Assembly: GCA_963718235.1 (NCBI GenBank)
Contig: CAVQYR010000002.1
Coordinates: forward strand, 525,454-589,453
Length of the DNA: 64,000 nucleotides
Source of the DNA: an uncultured Actinomycetota bacterium
GTDB taxonomy: Bacteria > Actinomycetota > Actinomycetes > JAHEKZ01
Direction: 5' to 3'
Of this stretch, positions 1 to 9,953 are shown one piece after another (the stretch's first letter is position 1; each line of letters opens with the position of its first letter). The notes under the pieces were generated by a model. The model did not search any database and was not told the origin of the DNA. It worked only from the letters and a program-made list of their open reading frames with translations. The position numbers and the translations under genes were made by a program.

Positions 1-766
1 GGCGATTGCCGCCAGCGCCTCGCTCACTGGGGTCGGTGTCGAGGGTGCTTCGTCAACCGCCGCCATCAGGGTGACCGGAACGGTCACCTGTGAGTACAGC
101 GGCCGCGGGTCGTCAGCCCACAACGAGTGGACGATGCTGCGGTGGTGCTCCCGCGACAGGTGCGGACGCACCGTCCCGTCGGGTCGATCGGCGAAGTTCG
201 CCAGCGCAGCCGCACGACCCTCTTCGGGCCAGTCGGGGTGCCAGCTGCTCGACTGAGCCTCGAGCTCGGCCCGGGTCAAGTGGTCGAACCTCGGTGGTGC
301 GAGCGCGGCCCAGCACTCCTCGAAGGTGGGATAGCGGTCGGCGAGATGGATCCAGCCGCCGTCGACGAGGCCGAGGGCCGCCACGCCACCATGCTCGACC
401 GCCTGGGTGAGAACGACGTTCCCGCCCCAGGACTGACCGGCCACGACGGGGAGCCGGTCGTTGTCCCAGCCCAGCTGCGGCACACAGCGCGGCGAGGTCG
501 GTGGCCGCCGTCGACGTGTCGTAGCCGTCCTCGGTCACCTCGGAGCGACCGTGGCCGCGCTGGTCGACGGCTGCCACCGGGTGTCCGGCCGCCGCGAGGC
601 GCCACGCGACGCCGTCCCACAGGCGGGCGTTGCTCGCCAGCCCGTGCACGAGCAGGAACGGACGACCCGGTCCGTCGGCTCGTCTCACCGCCAGGCGCGG
701 CCCACCGGGCAGGTCGACCCACTCGTCGTGCAGCCGTGGCCGGTCGGCTGAGGCGAACGTGCTCAT
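1..766 (-). pseudogene. alpha/beta hydrolase, partial at window edge, apparent frameshift near 470-485
   Basis: The N-terminus reads MSTFASADRPRLHDEWVDLPGGPRLAVRRADGPGRPFLLVHGLASNARLWDG...QRGHGRS in the frame of ORF 113..901, from an internal ATG at 766. After about position 480 that frame degenerates into R/G/P junk. A second minus frame, open from 480 to 1 with no start codon, reads LPVVAGQSWGGNVVLTQAVEHGG...TVPVTLMAAVDE. It contains the GxSxG nucleophile elbow and runs off the window edge. Confidence 0.6.
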
Positions 767-1725
767 GTGCTCGGCGCCGCGCGGGCGATGTCGTCGAGGA
801 CCACGGCCACGTCCGCGGTCACCGACAGCGGCAGTACCCATGCCGGCTGTCCTGAGGCTGCCGCGGAGACCGAGTCGACCATGAGCCGATAGGCGTCGCA
901 CGGGGCGAACGCCTCCTCCCGGGCCGCACCTGCCTCGATCACACGCAGAAACGAGGGCTCTCTCCAGCTGGTGAACGCCGGGTCGGCGAGCTCGACGGTC
1001 AGGTCAGGTGCCTCGACCCGAAGGACCTGCGACTCCGGTTGCTCGATCGACGCCTCGATCCTGGCCCGGCTGTCGCCCGCGTCCAGGACCGCAGCGGTGG
1101 TGAGATCGACCCCGGTCGGTCCGACATGTCGGGTGACGTCATGCACCTGGACCGTGGACGTGCCGAGGGCCCAGAGCGCCGCGCCCACCAGGTAGGGGCC
1201 GACGTCCAGCAACGCGCCGCCCCCGCTCGCGGGGTCGAGCCGGTAGTTGTCGCGGGGCACCCCGGCGAACGTGAACTGGGTCTGGACCGCGCGCGGCCCG
1301 GAGGACTCACTGACGAGCTGCTGTGCTCGTCGGGTTCGGGGGTGCCAGTGGTTCCAGGTGGCCTCGACCAGGAGGCGGTCCGCCGTGGCGGCGGCGCGGG
1401 CCATGACGTCGACCTCGTCGGCGGTGCGTCCCAGTGGCTTCTCGCACAGCACGTGCTTTCCGGCTTCGAGGGCAGCGACCACCCACCGGAGGTGGTCACT
1501 GTTGCGCAGTGACACGTAGACCACATCCACGTCGTCAGCGGCGCAGACCGCGTCGTACGAACCGGCCGTGCGCCGAGGCTCGAGCGACTCCGCCCGCCGT
1601 TCATCGCTCGAGCCGACCACTTGGAGCACCGCTGAGTCGGCGGCGTGGACAGCTGGAGCCAGTGCTTGCGACGCCACGAACCCGGCCCCGACGAACCCCC
1701 AGCGGACGACAGGAGCCTTGGTCAC
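763..1725 (-). CDS. Gfo/Idh/MocA family NAD(P)-dependent oxidoreductase
   Basis: 320-aa ORF. It has an N-terminal Rossmann motif, VRWGFVGAGFVAS, and an EKP motif, HVLCEKPL. Its stop overlaps the start of the downstream hydrolase by 4 nt. Confidence 0.85.
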   Translation of the reverse strand: MTKAPVVRWGFVGAGFVASQALAPAVHAADSAVLQVVGSSDERRAESLEPRRTAGSYDAVCAADDVDVVYVSLRNSDHLRWVVAALEAGKHVLCEKPLGRTADEVDVMARAAATADRLLVEATWNHWHPRTRRAQQLVSESSGPRAVQTQFTFAGVPRDNYRLDPASGGGALLDVGPYLVGAALWALGTSTVQVHDVTRHVGPTGVDLTTAAVLDAGDSRARIEASIEQPESQVLRVEAPDLTVELADPAFTSWREPSFLRVIEAGAAREEAFAPCDAYRLMVDSVSAAASGQPAWVLPLSVTADVAVVLDDIARAAPST

Positions 1726-3392
1726 AGTGGCGCCACGGGCCGGCCGTCGTCGGCGGCCGAGTGTCGGGCGGCCTCCATCACGGCCAGGACCCGCCGCGAC
1801 TGGGCGCCGGTGACGGTCATCGGCAGTCCGAGACGCACCCGGTCGGCAACCTCACGGTGGAAGGCGTAGGGCTCAGCGCTGGGCATGGCGAGCCGGGTGA
1901 CACTGCCATCGGCGGCGTACTGGTCGAGCGTGGGCGGTGAGTCCGCCGGCGCCAGGATGTCCTCGGTGAGGGTGCCGATGTCGCTGCGGGACACCACCTT
2001 CTCGGTACGCCACTGCCCGACGACCGCCCCGAGCGTGCCCAGCACGTACCAGCGCGGCTTGAGCGCAGCGGCCAGGTCGGAGTGGACGAACTCGGCCTCG
2101 GCGCCTCCGTCGAACCGGATGGTCACTCGAGAGTGGTCGGCGTTGGTGACGTCGTACCAGCGTCGCTTGTGGGTAGCCGCGGTGACGTAGTCGACCTCGG
2201 TGGGGACGAGGTCGAGGATCTGGTCGAGGACGTGCGACCCCCAGTCGTAGAAGGCGCCACCGGAGACCTCCTCGTCGGAGTGCCAGAGGTTGCAGGGGTG
2301 GCCGTACCCGCCGATGAAGGTCTCGATCTGGAACAGGTCGCCCAGGGCGCCGGACCGCACGAGTCGTCGGATCGCCAGATGGTCAGGGTCGTAGCGACGG
2401 TTCTGGTACACCACGGCCAGGAGGCCAGCCGCGTCGGCTTCGGCGAGGACCTCGTCGGCCTCACTCGTCCGGATCGCGAAGGGCTTCTCGACCACGACGT
2501 GCTTGCCCGCACGCAGTGCCTTCAACGCCCACGGTGCGTGAGTGCTCGGCGGGGTCGAGATCACCACGAGGTCGACGTCGTCGCGCTCGAGCAGCTCGTC
2601 GGCCGATCGGGTCGTGCTGACCCCCGGCGCCGCTGTCGCCGCAGCCGTCAGCCGGTCCGGGGAGGTGTCGCAGACCGCGGCCAGGCTCAGGCCGTGCACC
2701 GCGCGCACCGCGCGACTGTGCTCGTGTCCGATGGCGCCGTAGCCGAGCAGCCCGACACCAACCGTGGCCGCCTCGGGCACGCCGCACATGAGCTGGAGCA
2801 GCTGGGCGAGGGCACGGGTCGCACCTGCGCCGCCGACCGCCCCCGGTGACGTGCCGAGCGTCCACGCCGCCGTGGCCGTTGCCGGGCGCCAGGTCAGCAC
2901 CGGTTGTTCGACCAGTCCGATCCGCGCGGTGAGCAGCACCCGGACGTCGTCGGCGGACTTGTCGACCTGAACCAGGCGGTCGGTCACATGGTCGTGCTGG
3001 CCGACGTGGTCGTCCTCGTGGTGCTGGTGACCCGCCGGGTGCAGCGTGCCCGGAGCGTCGTGGCCGGCTCTGACCCGTACGTCGTGCACCGGCGTGGTGT
3101 CGCCGACGAGAAGCCCCGCCGCCTCACCCAGAACTCGGTCCGGGTCGGCCCGAGTGAGCGTTGGGCCGGCCAGGACGACCCTGAGGTCGGTGTCGGTGAG
3201 GGCGCTGACCAGAGCAGGGGAGAGCGCTCGGTCGGCCCACACGACCACGGCATCGGCCGCGCTCAGCTCGCGGTCCGAGCCCGGCGCGCCCACGTCGACC
3301 AGTCCGGACGACGTCAGGCGGTCGCGCAGGGCGGCCACCTCGGCAGCCAGCTCCGGGTGGGACAGGTCGACGACCCAGGCGATGCGCAGCAC
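1722..3392 (-). CDS. Gfo/Idh/MocA oxidoreductase with an N-terminal ThuA-like extension; start uncertain
   Basis: The C-terminal 350 aa have the Rossmann motif GVGLLGYGAIG and an EKP motif, VVVEKPF. Upstream lie about 200 aa of non-junk sequence (WVVDLSHPELAAEVAALRD...QPVLTWRPATATAAWTLGTSPG) that resembles a ThuA / class-I glutamine amidotransferase-like domain. The ORF as listed extends to 3812, but its first 140 aa are R/P-rich junk. I propose a GTG start near 3392. An alternative is two separate genes, with an ATG (MCGVPE) at 2789. Confidence 0.6.
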   Translation of the reverse strand: MLRIAWVVDLSHPELAAEVAALRDRLTSSGLVDVGAPGSDRELSAADAVVVWADRALSPALVSALTDTDLRVVLAGPTLTRADPDRVLGEAAGLLVGDTTPVHDVRVRAGHDAPGTLHPAGHQHHEDDHVGQHDHVTDRLVQVDKSADDVRVLLTARIGLVEQPVLTWRPATATAAWTLGTSPGAVGGAGATRALAQLLQLMCGVPEAATVGVGLLGYGAIGHEHSRAVRAVHGLSLAAVCDTSPDRLTAAATAAPGVSTTRSADELLERDDVDLVVISTPPSTHAPWALKALRAGKHVVVEKPFAIRTSEADEVLAEADAAGLLAVVYQNRRYDPDHLAIRRLVRSGALGDLFQIETFIGGYGHPCNLWHSDEEVSGGAFYDWGSHVLDQILDLVPTEVDYVTAATHKRRWYDVTNADHSRVTIRFDGGAEAEFVHSDLAAALKPRWYVLGTLGAVVGQWRTEKVVSRSDIGTLTEDILAPADSPPTLDQYAADGSVTRLAMPSAEPYAFHREVADRVRLGLPMTVTGAQSRRVLAVMEAARHSAADDGRPVAPL

Positions 3393-3571
3393 CTGGCGAC
3401 AGTAGAGGAATCTGCCGAGCGCTGCCGCCCAGCCCTCCTCGCACCCCTCGGGGCCGACCCGTTCTCGTACCCCGATACCGAAAGAAGGGCGCCGGCTCGG
3501 GCGCGCCGTGGCCCGGACGGTCGGCGGCCGCACCGCGCTCGAAGCTGGACCCGTCCCTATACTCCGGCGTC

Positions 3572-4198
3572 GTGCCCACCACGCCCGCGGCCCCCCGTCG
3601 GGGCCGGCCGCCCAGGCACAAGCGCGCCGACATCTTGGACGCGGCCTCCGAGGTGCTGGTCTTCCGCGGTTACGAGAGCACCCGGTACAGCGACGTCGCC
3701 GAGGCCAGTGGTGTCCCCGTCGGGAGCCTGCAGCACTACTTCCCGACGATCGAGGTCTTGCGACGCGATGCCCTGCGCCACAAGGTTCGGGCCGAGCTGA
3801 CCGCCCTGGCAACGGAGCTCGCTCAGATCGACGACCCGTGGGCGCGGATTCGTCACATCATCGTGTCCTCGGTGTCCCTGGAACCCGCGCGTCGCCGCGG
3901 TGGCTGGGTCCTGTGGCTCGAGTACTGGCGGGCGGCGGCCCACGACCCCGAGCTGGCCGACGACACCCACGAGGTGGACGCCGCCTGGCTGGACCTCGCG
4001 GCGCAGTGTGTCGACGACGGCGTCCGATCGGGGCTCTTCCGGCTCGACGGTACGCCACACGAGGCGGCGGTGGAGCTGCACGCCCTGCTCGACGGGCTCG
4101 GGGTGGGGCTGGCCGTGGAGCACCCGCCCGAACAGGCCGCCGAGGCGATCGCTCTGGTGGAGCGCGCCGCGCGGCGGATGCTGTTCTCCACGCGCTGA
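3572..4198 (+). CDS. TetR/AcrR family transcriptional regulator
   Basis: 208-aa ORF. The N-terminal HTH region is RGRPPRHKRADILDAASEVLVFRGYESTRYSDVAEASGVPVGSLQHYF. It lies divergent to the oxidoreductase pair and upstream of the amine oxidase. Confidence 0.9.
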   Translation: MPTTPAAPRRGRPPRHKRADILDAASEVLVFRGYESTRYSDVAEASGVPVGSLQHYFPTIEVLRRDALRHKVRAELTALATELAQIDDPWARIRHIIVSSVSLEPARRRGGWVLWLEYWRAAAHDPELADDTHEVDAAWLDLAAQCVDDGVRSGLFRLDGTPHEAAVELHALLDGLGVGLAVEHPPEQAAEAIALVERAARRMLFSTR

Positions 4199-4268
4199 CC
4201 GACGGCCGGTCACCCACCGTTGCGCCTGACGGGTGGTGGGGTCTTGACGGGGACGCCGCCCGGGGTCA

Positions 4269-4302
4269 TCATTCCTATACCCATATGGCGCTATGAGAAT
4301 GA
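4269..4302. promoter_or_regulatory. AT-rich imperfect palindrome (TetR-type operator candidate) upstream of the amine oxidase gene
   Basis: The site is TCATTCCTATACCCATATGGCGCTATGAGAATGA. The arms TCATTC and GAATGA flank a central CATATG. It lies 30 nt upstream of the SD of the amine oxidase gene and downstream of the TetR stop. It is AT-rich in a 70% GC genome. Confidence 0.4.
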
Positions 4303-4334
4303 CTCGGGTCGTTCCCACGAGAGGAGCATCAGCC

Positions 4335-5711
4335 ATGACGCTGAACCGTCGGGACTTCATCAAGGTGGCCGGGGCGGCCGCCGCGGTCGTTGCCTGCTCC
4401 CCGGCCACCCGGGCCGTGGCAGCGACCAGGCAGCGGGTGCTGGTGGTCGGCGCGGGCATGGCCGGAATGGCGGCGGCGCGACAGCTGGTCGACGCCGGAC
4501 ACACGGTGACGGTGCTCGAGGCGCGCAACCGCCTCGGCGGCCGGATCCACACGAGCAACGCGTGGGCCGACGCACCGATCGACCTCGGCGCCTCGTGGAT
4601 CCACGAGACGCAGGGCAACCCGCTCACCTCGCTGGCGAGCCAGGCGGGGGCGCGCACGGTCACCACCGACTACGCCAGCTTCGCCACCTACGACGCGAGC
4701 CTGGGCAAGATCACGACCGGCTCCGGTTCGGCTTACGCGTCCATGCAGGCCAAGTTCGACAGCGCCGTCAAGGCCGGCTACAACACCAACAAGGACACCG
4801 CGCTGCGTACGGCTCTGGAGAGCAGCCTCAAGCTGAGCACGCTGACCGAGCCGAACAAGCGGTTGGCCAACCACTTCATCGTGAGCCTGGCCGACGACGA
4901 GTACGCCGGCGACTCCGCCGAGCTGTCCAGCTGGTACTGGGACAGCATGGGCGGCTACTCGGGTCTCGACGCCGTTCTGCCCGACGGATACGTCGCGCTG
5001 GTGAACCACCTGGCCACCGGGATCAACGTCCAGCTGAACCGCACCGTCACGGCCATCTCCCACACGTCGACGGGCGTCACGGTGACCACGTCCGGCGGCA
5101 CCTTCACCGGCGACCGCGTGATCGTGACCGTACCGCTGGGTGTCCTCAAGAAGAACGCGATCACCTTCAGCCCCGCCCTGTCCTCCACCAAGACGACCGC
5201 GATCAGCAAGCTCGGGATGGGCACGGGGACCCTGAGCAAGGTGTTCCTGCGCTTCCCGAGCGTCTTCTGGGACAACGTCGACTGGATCGAGTACGTCGCG
5301 TCGACGGCCGACCGGGGCCGGTTCCACCAGTGGCTCAACGTCGCCCGGGTGTCCGGGGGCAAACCGATCCTGCTGGGCTTCCTCGGTGGGTTCTACGCCC
5401 AGTCGGCCGAGGCGATGACCGACCAGCAGATCGTCGACGCCGCCATGGGCCCCCTGCGCACGATGTACGGCGCGAGCATCCCCAACCCGGTCGCATGGCA
5501 GATCCCGCGATGGAGCACCGACCCGTTCTCCTACGGGTCGTACTCCTTCAACAAGCTGAACTCGACGCCGAGCATGCGCAACAACCTGGCGGCCGACGTC
5601 AGCAAGCGGGTCTTCTTCGCTGGTGAGGCCACCCACAAGACGCTGTTCGCCACGGTGCACGGCGCGTACCTGTCCGGACAGCGCGCGGCCACCGAGATCA
5701 TGAACGCCTGA
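4335..5711 (+). CDS. flavin-containing amine oxidase (polyamine/monoamine oxidase family), Tat-signal lipoprotein
   Basis: The GAGAGGAG Shine-Dalgarno (SD) sits 8 nt before the ATG at 4335. The N-terminus [21 protein letters not shown] has a twin-arginine motif and a VVAC lipobox. The FAD-binding fingerprint is [17 protein letters not shown]...[11 protein letters not shown]. The C-terminus reads VFFAGEAT. Confidence 0.85.
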   Translation: MTLNRRDFIKVAGAAAAVVACSPATRAVAATRQRVLVVGAGMAGMAAARQLVDAGHTVTVLEARNRLGGRIHTSNAWADAPIDLGASWIHETQGNPLTSLASQAGARTVTTDYASFATYDASLGKITTGSGSAYASMQAKFDSAVKAGYNTNKDTALRTALESSLKLSTLTEPNKRLANHFIVSLADDEYAGDSAELSSWYWDSMGGYSGLDAVLPDGYVALVNHLATGINVQLNRTVTAISHTSTGVTVTTSGGTFTGDRVIVTVPLGVLKKNAITFSPALSSTKTTAISKLGMGTGTLSKVFLRFPSVFWDNVDWIEYVASTADRGRFHQWLNVARVSGGKPILLGFLGGFYAQSAEAMTDQQIVDAAMGPLRTMYGASIPNPVAWQIPRWSTDPFSYGSYSFNKLNSTPSMRNNLAADVSKRVFFAGEATHKTLFATVHGAYLSGQRAATEIMNA

Positions 5712-5761
5712 GCGAGCCGAGAGGCGGGCTCCTTCGCCGCCCAGATGGCTACAGTGAGGCC

Positions 5762-6766
5762 GTGTCGGTCCGGTGGTCCCTGCTCGCCTCGACGGTCGCG
5801 CTCGCCGTGGTCTCGAGCGTCGCCGTGGTCGACGCACCGACAGCCAACAGTCGGGCGTTGCCGGCGGGTTCGACGCAGTCCACGCCGGGGTGGGCGCTGG
5901 ACCGGATCGACCAGCGACGTCTCCCGCTGAACGGCACCTACCGGTCCAGGGCGAACGGGTCGGGGGTGACGGCCTATGTGGTCGACTGCGGCGCGCAGGT
6001 CGGCAACCCCGCGTTCGGTGGCCGCGGCCGACGCGGCCCCAACCTCGCCGGGGGCACCTGGGGCGACTGCACCGACTCGTTCGCGGTCGGACATGCGACC
6101 TTCGTCGCCGGGATCATCGGGGGTGCCGTGACCGGCGTGGCGAAGGCTGTGCGTGTGGTGTCGGTGAGGGCGCTCAACGGTGGAGAGGGCGTCGGCGCCC
6201 CGCCGACTCGGGTCCAGGCGCAGCGGGTCGTCGACGCGATCGACTGGGTGATCAAGGACGCGGCCAGACACCCCGGTCCAGCCGTGGTGAACCTCTCGCT
6301 GGGATTCCCGGAGCGATTCATCGGTGTGAGCCGTGCGCTGCAACGGCTGGAGCGCGCTCACATCACGGCGGCCGTGGCGGCTGGAAACGAGTCCGGAGAC
6401 GCGTGCCAGCACACCCCTGCCCGGGTCCCCACCGCGCTCACCGTGGGCGCAGTGAACCGCCACGACCGGCGGTGGAGCGGATCGAACAGCGGGCCCTGCG
6501 TCGACCTCTTCGCGCCCGGGGTCGGCGTGCGCTCGGTCCTGCGCGGCGGTGGCGTGTTCACGTATCGCGGCTCGGGGGCGACGTCGTGGGCCACGCCGTA
6601 CGTGACCGGCGCCGTGGCCCTGTACCTGTCCACTCACCCCCGGGCGCACCCACCAGCAGTCCGTCGCTGGGTCCTGACCGGCTCGACAAGGGGACTGCTC
6701 AGCGGACTCCCGACCGGCACGCCCAACCGCCTGCTGTACGCGTTCGCCCCACTGCGCCGAGCCTGA
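5762..6766 (+). CDS. S8 family (subtilisin/proteinase K-like) secreted serine peptidase
   Basis: It has a signal peptide and a WALDRIDQR motif. The catalytic Asp, His and Ser contexts are VVDCG, GHATFVAGIIGG and GTSWATPYVTGAVAL. It starts with GTG. Confidence 0.85.
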   Translation: MSVRWSLLASTVALAVVSSVAVVDAPTANSRALPAGSTQSTPGWALDRIDQRRLPLNGTYRSRANGSGVTAYVVDCGAQVGNPAFGGRGRRGPNLAGGTWGDCTDSFAVGHATFVAGIIGGAVTGVAKAVRVVSVRALNGGEGVGAPPTRVQAQRVVDAIDWVIKDAARHPGPAVVNLSLGFPERFIGVSRALQRLERAHITAAVAAGNESGDACQHTPARVPTALTVGAVNRHDRRWSGSNSGPCVDLFAPGVGVRSVLRGGGVFTYRGSGATSWATPYVTGAVALYLSTHPRAHPPAVRRWVLTGSTRGLLSGLPTGTPNRLLYAFAPLRRA

Positions 6767-6805
6767 GCCCCACGCCGGCCGTGCTCCCGACCAGGGGCGG
6801 GACCG

Positions 6806-7273
6806 TCATTGCAGGGGGATCCCCGTGTCGTCGCCCTCGGCGCGTGCTCCGTAGATACGGCGCTGCGCCGCGTCGATGGCCACGTCGTTGATGCTCGCCT
6901 CACGACGGGACATGTAGCCCCGTTCGTCGAACTCCCAGTTCTCGTTGCCATAGGACCGGAACCACTGTCCGGCAGCGTCGTGCCACTCGTACTGGAAGCG
7001 CACGGCGATCCGGTTGTCGCTGAACGCCCATAGTTCCTTGCGCAGCACATAGTCGAGCTCGCGCTCCCACTTGCGCTGCAGGAACGACACGATCGCTGCG
7101 TGGCCCTGGAGGAACTCGTCGCGGTTGCGCCACTGCGAGTCGGGGCTGTACGCGCCGGCCACGCGCTCGGGGTCCCGGCTGTTCCAAGCGGTCTCAGCCA
7201 TCAACACCTTGGTACGTGCGGACTGCTCGTCGAACGGCGGCAGTGGGGCGCGGGGGGTGGGGGCGGTCGACAT
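6806..7273 (-). CDS. DUF1348 / NTF2-like (SnoaL-like) family protein
   Basis: 155-aa ORF. Its sequence ([10 protein letters not shown]...[28 protein letters not shown]...YGNENWEF) matches my recollection of the conserved actinobacterial DUF1348 proteins. Confidence 0.7.
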   Translation of the reverse strand: MSTAPTPRAPLPPFDEQSARTKVLMAETAWNSRDPERVAGAYSPDSQWRNRDEFLQGHAAIVSFLQRKWERELDYVLRKELWAFSDNRIAVRFQYEWHDAAGQWFRSYGNENWEFDERGYMSRREASINDVAIDAAQRRIYGARAEGDDTGIPLQ

Positions 7274-7456
7274 GCGGCCTCCATAGGTGGGGGAACGGCA
7301 GGGTCAATCTAGGCCTCACCAGCTGTTGCCCGCCTGCGTCCGATAGACCAGCTGCGCCACGACGCGCCGGACCCCTCGTCGCCTCCTGGGCGCCCTTTGC
7401 TGTGAAGATGGCGGGCAGCAGATGACGGCCTCACCGTTTGGCGACCAGGAGTGACG

Positions 7457-9883
7457 ATGTCGACCTCAGCGCACCAGTTGGCGTGGACCTCCGGCCGAAC
7501 CCGGGTCAGCCTGGTCGTGGGGCTGCTCGCCACCACGAGCGTCCTCCTCGGTGTGCCTCAGCTGGCAGGGGCCGCCGCGGCGGACCGAGCCGTCCCTGCT
7601 CCCACTCCGAGCTACCAGGTGACGATCGTGGCGCGCACCTGCGACTCGTTCGCCTCGATCATGGCCAACCGGGCCCGGAACAACATCCAGGAGAGCCTGC
7701 AGGACCTCGGCCCCGACACGCTCTACTCCAGTGGTCAGCCGGTGAGTCCCAGGGTCGAGGACGTCAACGCCACCACCCAGGTGGCCGGCTGCGACCCGCT
7801 GGCCGGGTGGAGGTTCCAGCTGGGCACGGGGATCGCCGGCAAGTCGGACTTCCTCAGCCAGGTCAGCAACCCGTACGCACCTCCGCCCGGACCGACCACT
7901 GCGTCGGTGCCCGAGCTGGATCCACAGGGTCAGCCAACCGGCCGCACCGTCCAGGGCGCGCGCACCATCACGTTGACCTCGGCCCAGGCCCAGCTCGCCC
8001 AGCAGTCGAGCCGGTTGTGGATCCAGGGCGGCGTGGTGGGAGACCCCCTGCTGGACAACCCGCCGTCCCCCTTCGACCCGCCGCAGGCGTTCGGCGCCCT
8101 GCGCTGCGCGGTCGACAACCTCAACGGCGACAACGTCGAGTGGATCGGCTTCCCGAGCGGGGCCACCCACGTGTTCTGCTACTACTTCGCAGTCAGCCCT
8201 CCGCCTGAGGCGGCGACCATCCGCGTCGTCAAGCAGCTTCCGGGCTCCGAGGCGCCGGTCAACCGCACCTTCGGGTTCGCCGGCAACGTCAGCTACGTGC
8301 CGGGGCCGACCGGAGACCCCAACGACAACCCCTTCGGTGTCCCCGTCAACGGCCGGACCGGGTCGGTCGACTTCGTCCGGGCTGCCGACACGTCGGCCCC
8401 ATGGACGTTGTACGAGCAGGAGGACCCCGACTGGGCGCTGACCAACGCAGACTGCCGGTCCCGAGACGGCACCAGCACGATCACGCCACCCGGAACGGTG
8501 CAACAGGGCCCGGCGGGGAGGTTCGCCGTCACCCTCGGCGCGGGCGACCTGGTCACGTGCACCTTCACCAACGTGCGCGACATCGCCGGCCTCGCGATCG
8601 AGAAGGTCACCGAGGAGGGCACGGGCACGTTCGACTTCCGGGCCAGCAGCCCGAGCGGTCTGAACACGGCCTCGGCGTCGGTCACCACTCTCCAGCCGGG
8701 AGACCCGGTCCGCGCGCTGGAGATCACCGGCGCCTCGGGCACCTTCACTGCCCAGGAGGACCTGCCCTCGGGCGTGGCCGCCGGCGCGTGGACGATCAGC
8801 CGGGTGTCGTGCAACGGCACCGACCTCTCACCGACTCCGGTCGTCGGCCAGCCAGCAAGCGGCACGATCGCCCCGGGGGCGAACGTCTTGTGCACCGTCT
8901 ACAACAGCCCGCAAGGGTCGATCACCGTCCGCAAGACCTCCGAGGGAGGCACTGGAACGTTCTCCTTCGTCATCGTCCCCCTGGGGGGCTTCCCCCTCGA
9001 CGGAACGGGCGGCAACGTCGGTCTGAGCGCGACGACGAACCAGCAGGGTGTGCGTGTCCCTGCAACGCCCACGGACGGGTCCAACACCGGCCTGCCCTTC
9101 CAGCGCTACGCCGTCGTCGAGCTCGCACCGCCCAGCGAGCCGAGCGGGACGTGGCGGCTCACCGAGGCCACGTGTGACGCGTCGGACAGCACGTCGGTGC
9201 GCTCGGCCGGCCTCATCGGTGCCGCCTTCACCCTCTCGCCGGCGGATCCGACAGTGACCTGCGACTTCACCGACGAGCTGGTGCCAGCCGCCGCGCTCCA
9301 GGTGGTGAAGACCGTGTCCGGCGACGCCTCGGCCCGAACGGGTGAGGTGCTGGTCTCGGTCCAGTGCAACGACGCGACGACGGCATCCCTGGTCGGACCT
9401 GCAGGGCGGCCCGGCCCGTTCTCGTTGCCTCAGCGCCTCGTCTTCACCGACTTCCTGTGGAACGCCCAGGACGAGCCGACGCTGTCGTGTCGCGTCCGGG
9501 AGGCCGAGACCGGAGTCGCCGACGGGGCGACCGTCGCCACCGAGTGGACGGTCGTGACCGACGGGGTCCCGGCTCCGCCGACGTCCGGCGAGTCGGTCCG
9601 GGTCGACCCGACACCGGGACAGGTGGTCACGGTGCGGGTCGAGAACACCTACCAGAGCGCCTCGGGGCCGACGCCGACACCGACCCCGTCGGGGACCGAC
9701 GGCGGTGGAACGGGCGGGGCCGCCGGCGGAGGGGCGGGCGGTCCCCTTCCGGTCACGGGCCTGTCCGGCGCGCTGGCCCTCACCCTCGGGGCCGGCCTGG
9801 TGCTGCTCGTGCTGGGCGGGATCGCGCTGATCGTGTCCTACGGTCGTGGCCGCCGGACGGCGGAGCGCCCTCAGTCTTCGTAA
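7457..9883 (+). CDS. LPXTG-anchored cell-surface protein with repeated Ig-like/SpaA-like domains
   Basis: An AGGAG SD sits 5 nt before the ATG at 7457. The protein has an N-terminal signal peptide. CTFTN/CTVYN/CDFTD-type motifs recur about every 110 aa. The C-terminus carries LPVTG, a hydrophobic helix and an RGRRT tail, which is a sortase sorting signal. Confidence 0.8.
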   Translation: MSTSAHQLAWTSGRTRVSLVVGLLATTSVLLGVPQLAGAAAADRAVPAPTPSYQVTIVARTCDSFASIMANRARNNIQESLQDLGPDTLYSSGQPVSPRVEDVNATTQVAGCDPLAGWRFQLGTGIAGKSDFLSQVSNPYAPPPGPTTASVPELDPQGQPTGRTVQGARTITLTSAQAQLAQQSSRLWIQGGVVGDPLLDNPPSPFDPPQAFGALRCAVDNLNGDNVEWIGFPSGATHVFCYYFAVSPPPEAATIRVVKQLPGSEAPVNRTFGFAGNVSYVPGPTGDPNDNPFGVPVNGRTGSVDFVRAADTSAPWTLYEQEDPDWALTNADCRSRDGTSTITPPGTVQQGPAGRFAVTLGAGDLVTCTFTNVRDIAGLAIEKVTEEGTGTFDFRASSPSGLNTASASVTTLQPGDPVRALEITGASGTFTAQEDLPSGVAAGAWTISRVSCNGTDLSPTPVVGQPASGTIAPGANVLCTVYNSPQGSITVRKTSEGGTGTFSFVIVPLGGFPLDGTGGNVGLSATTNQQGVRVPATPTDGSNTGLPFQRYAVVELAPPSEPSGTWRLTEATCDASDSTSVRSAGLIGAAFTLSPADPTVTCDFTDELVPAAALQVVKTVSGDASARTGEVLVSVQCNDATTASLVGPAGRPGPFSLPQRLVFTDFLWNAQDEPTLSCRVREAETGVADGATVATEWTVVTDGVPAPPTSGESVRVDPTPGQVVTVRVENTYQSASGPTPTPTPSGTDGGGTGGAAGGGAGGPLPVTGLSGALALTLGAGLVLLVLGGIALIVSYGRGRRTAERPQSS

Positions 9884-9953
9884 CCCGGTACCCCGAGGGG
9901 CTGGCGGTGCCGCGCGGGCGCGGCCATGCTGTCAGCGTCGAGAGGGGCTCCGG

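Noticed and set aside
2904-3800. 298-aa plus-strand ORF overlapping the oxidoreductase N-terminal extension
   Set aside because: It is an antisense low-complexity frame. The minus-strand frame carries coherent protein-like sequence.
4293-4334. Upstream start ([14 protein letters not shown]) for the amine oxidase
   Set aside because: The strong GAGAGGAG SD lies inside this extension and serves the ATG at 4335. That ATG begins a canonical Tat signal.
4329-5837. 502-aa minus-strand ORF antisense to the amine oxidase gene
   Set aside because: It is R/G/P/A-rich low-complexity translation, typical of high-GC antisense frames. It has no motifs and fully overlaps a well-supported gene.
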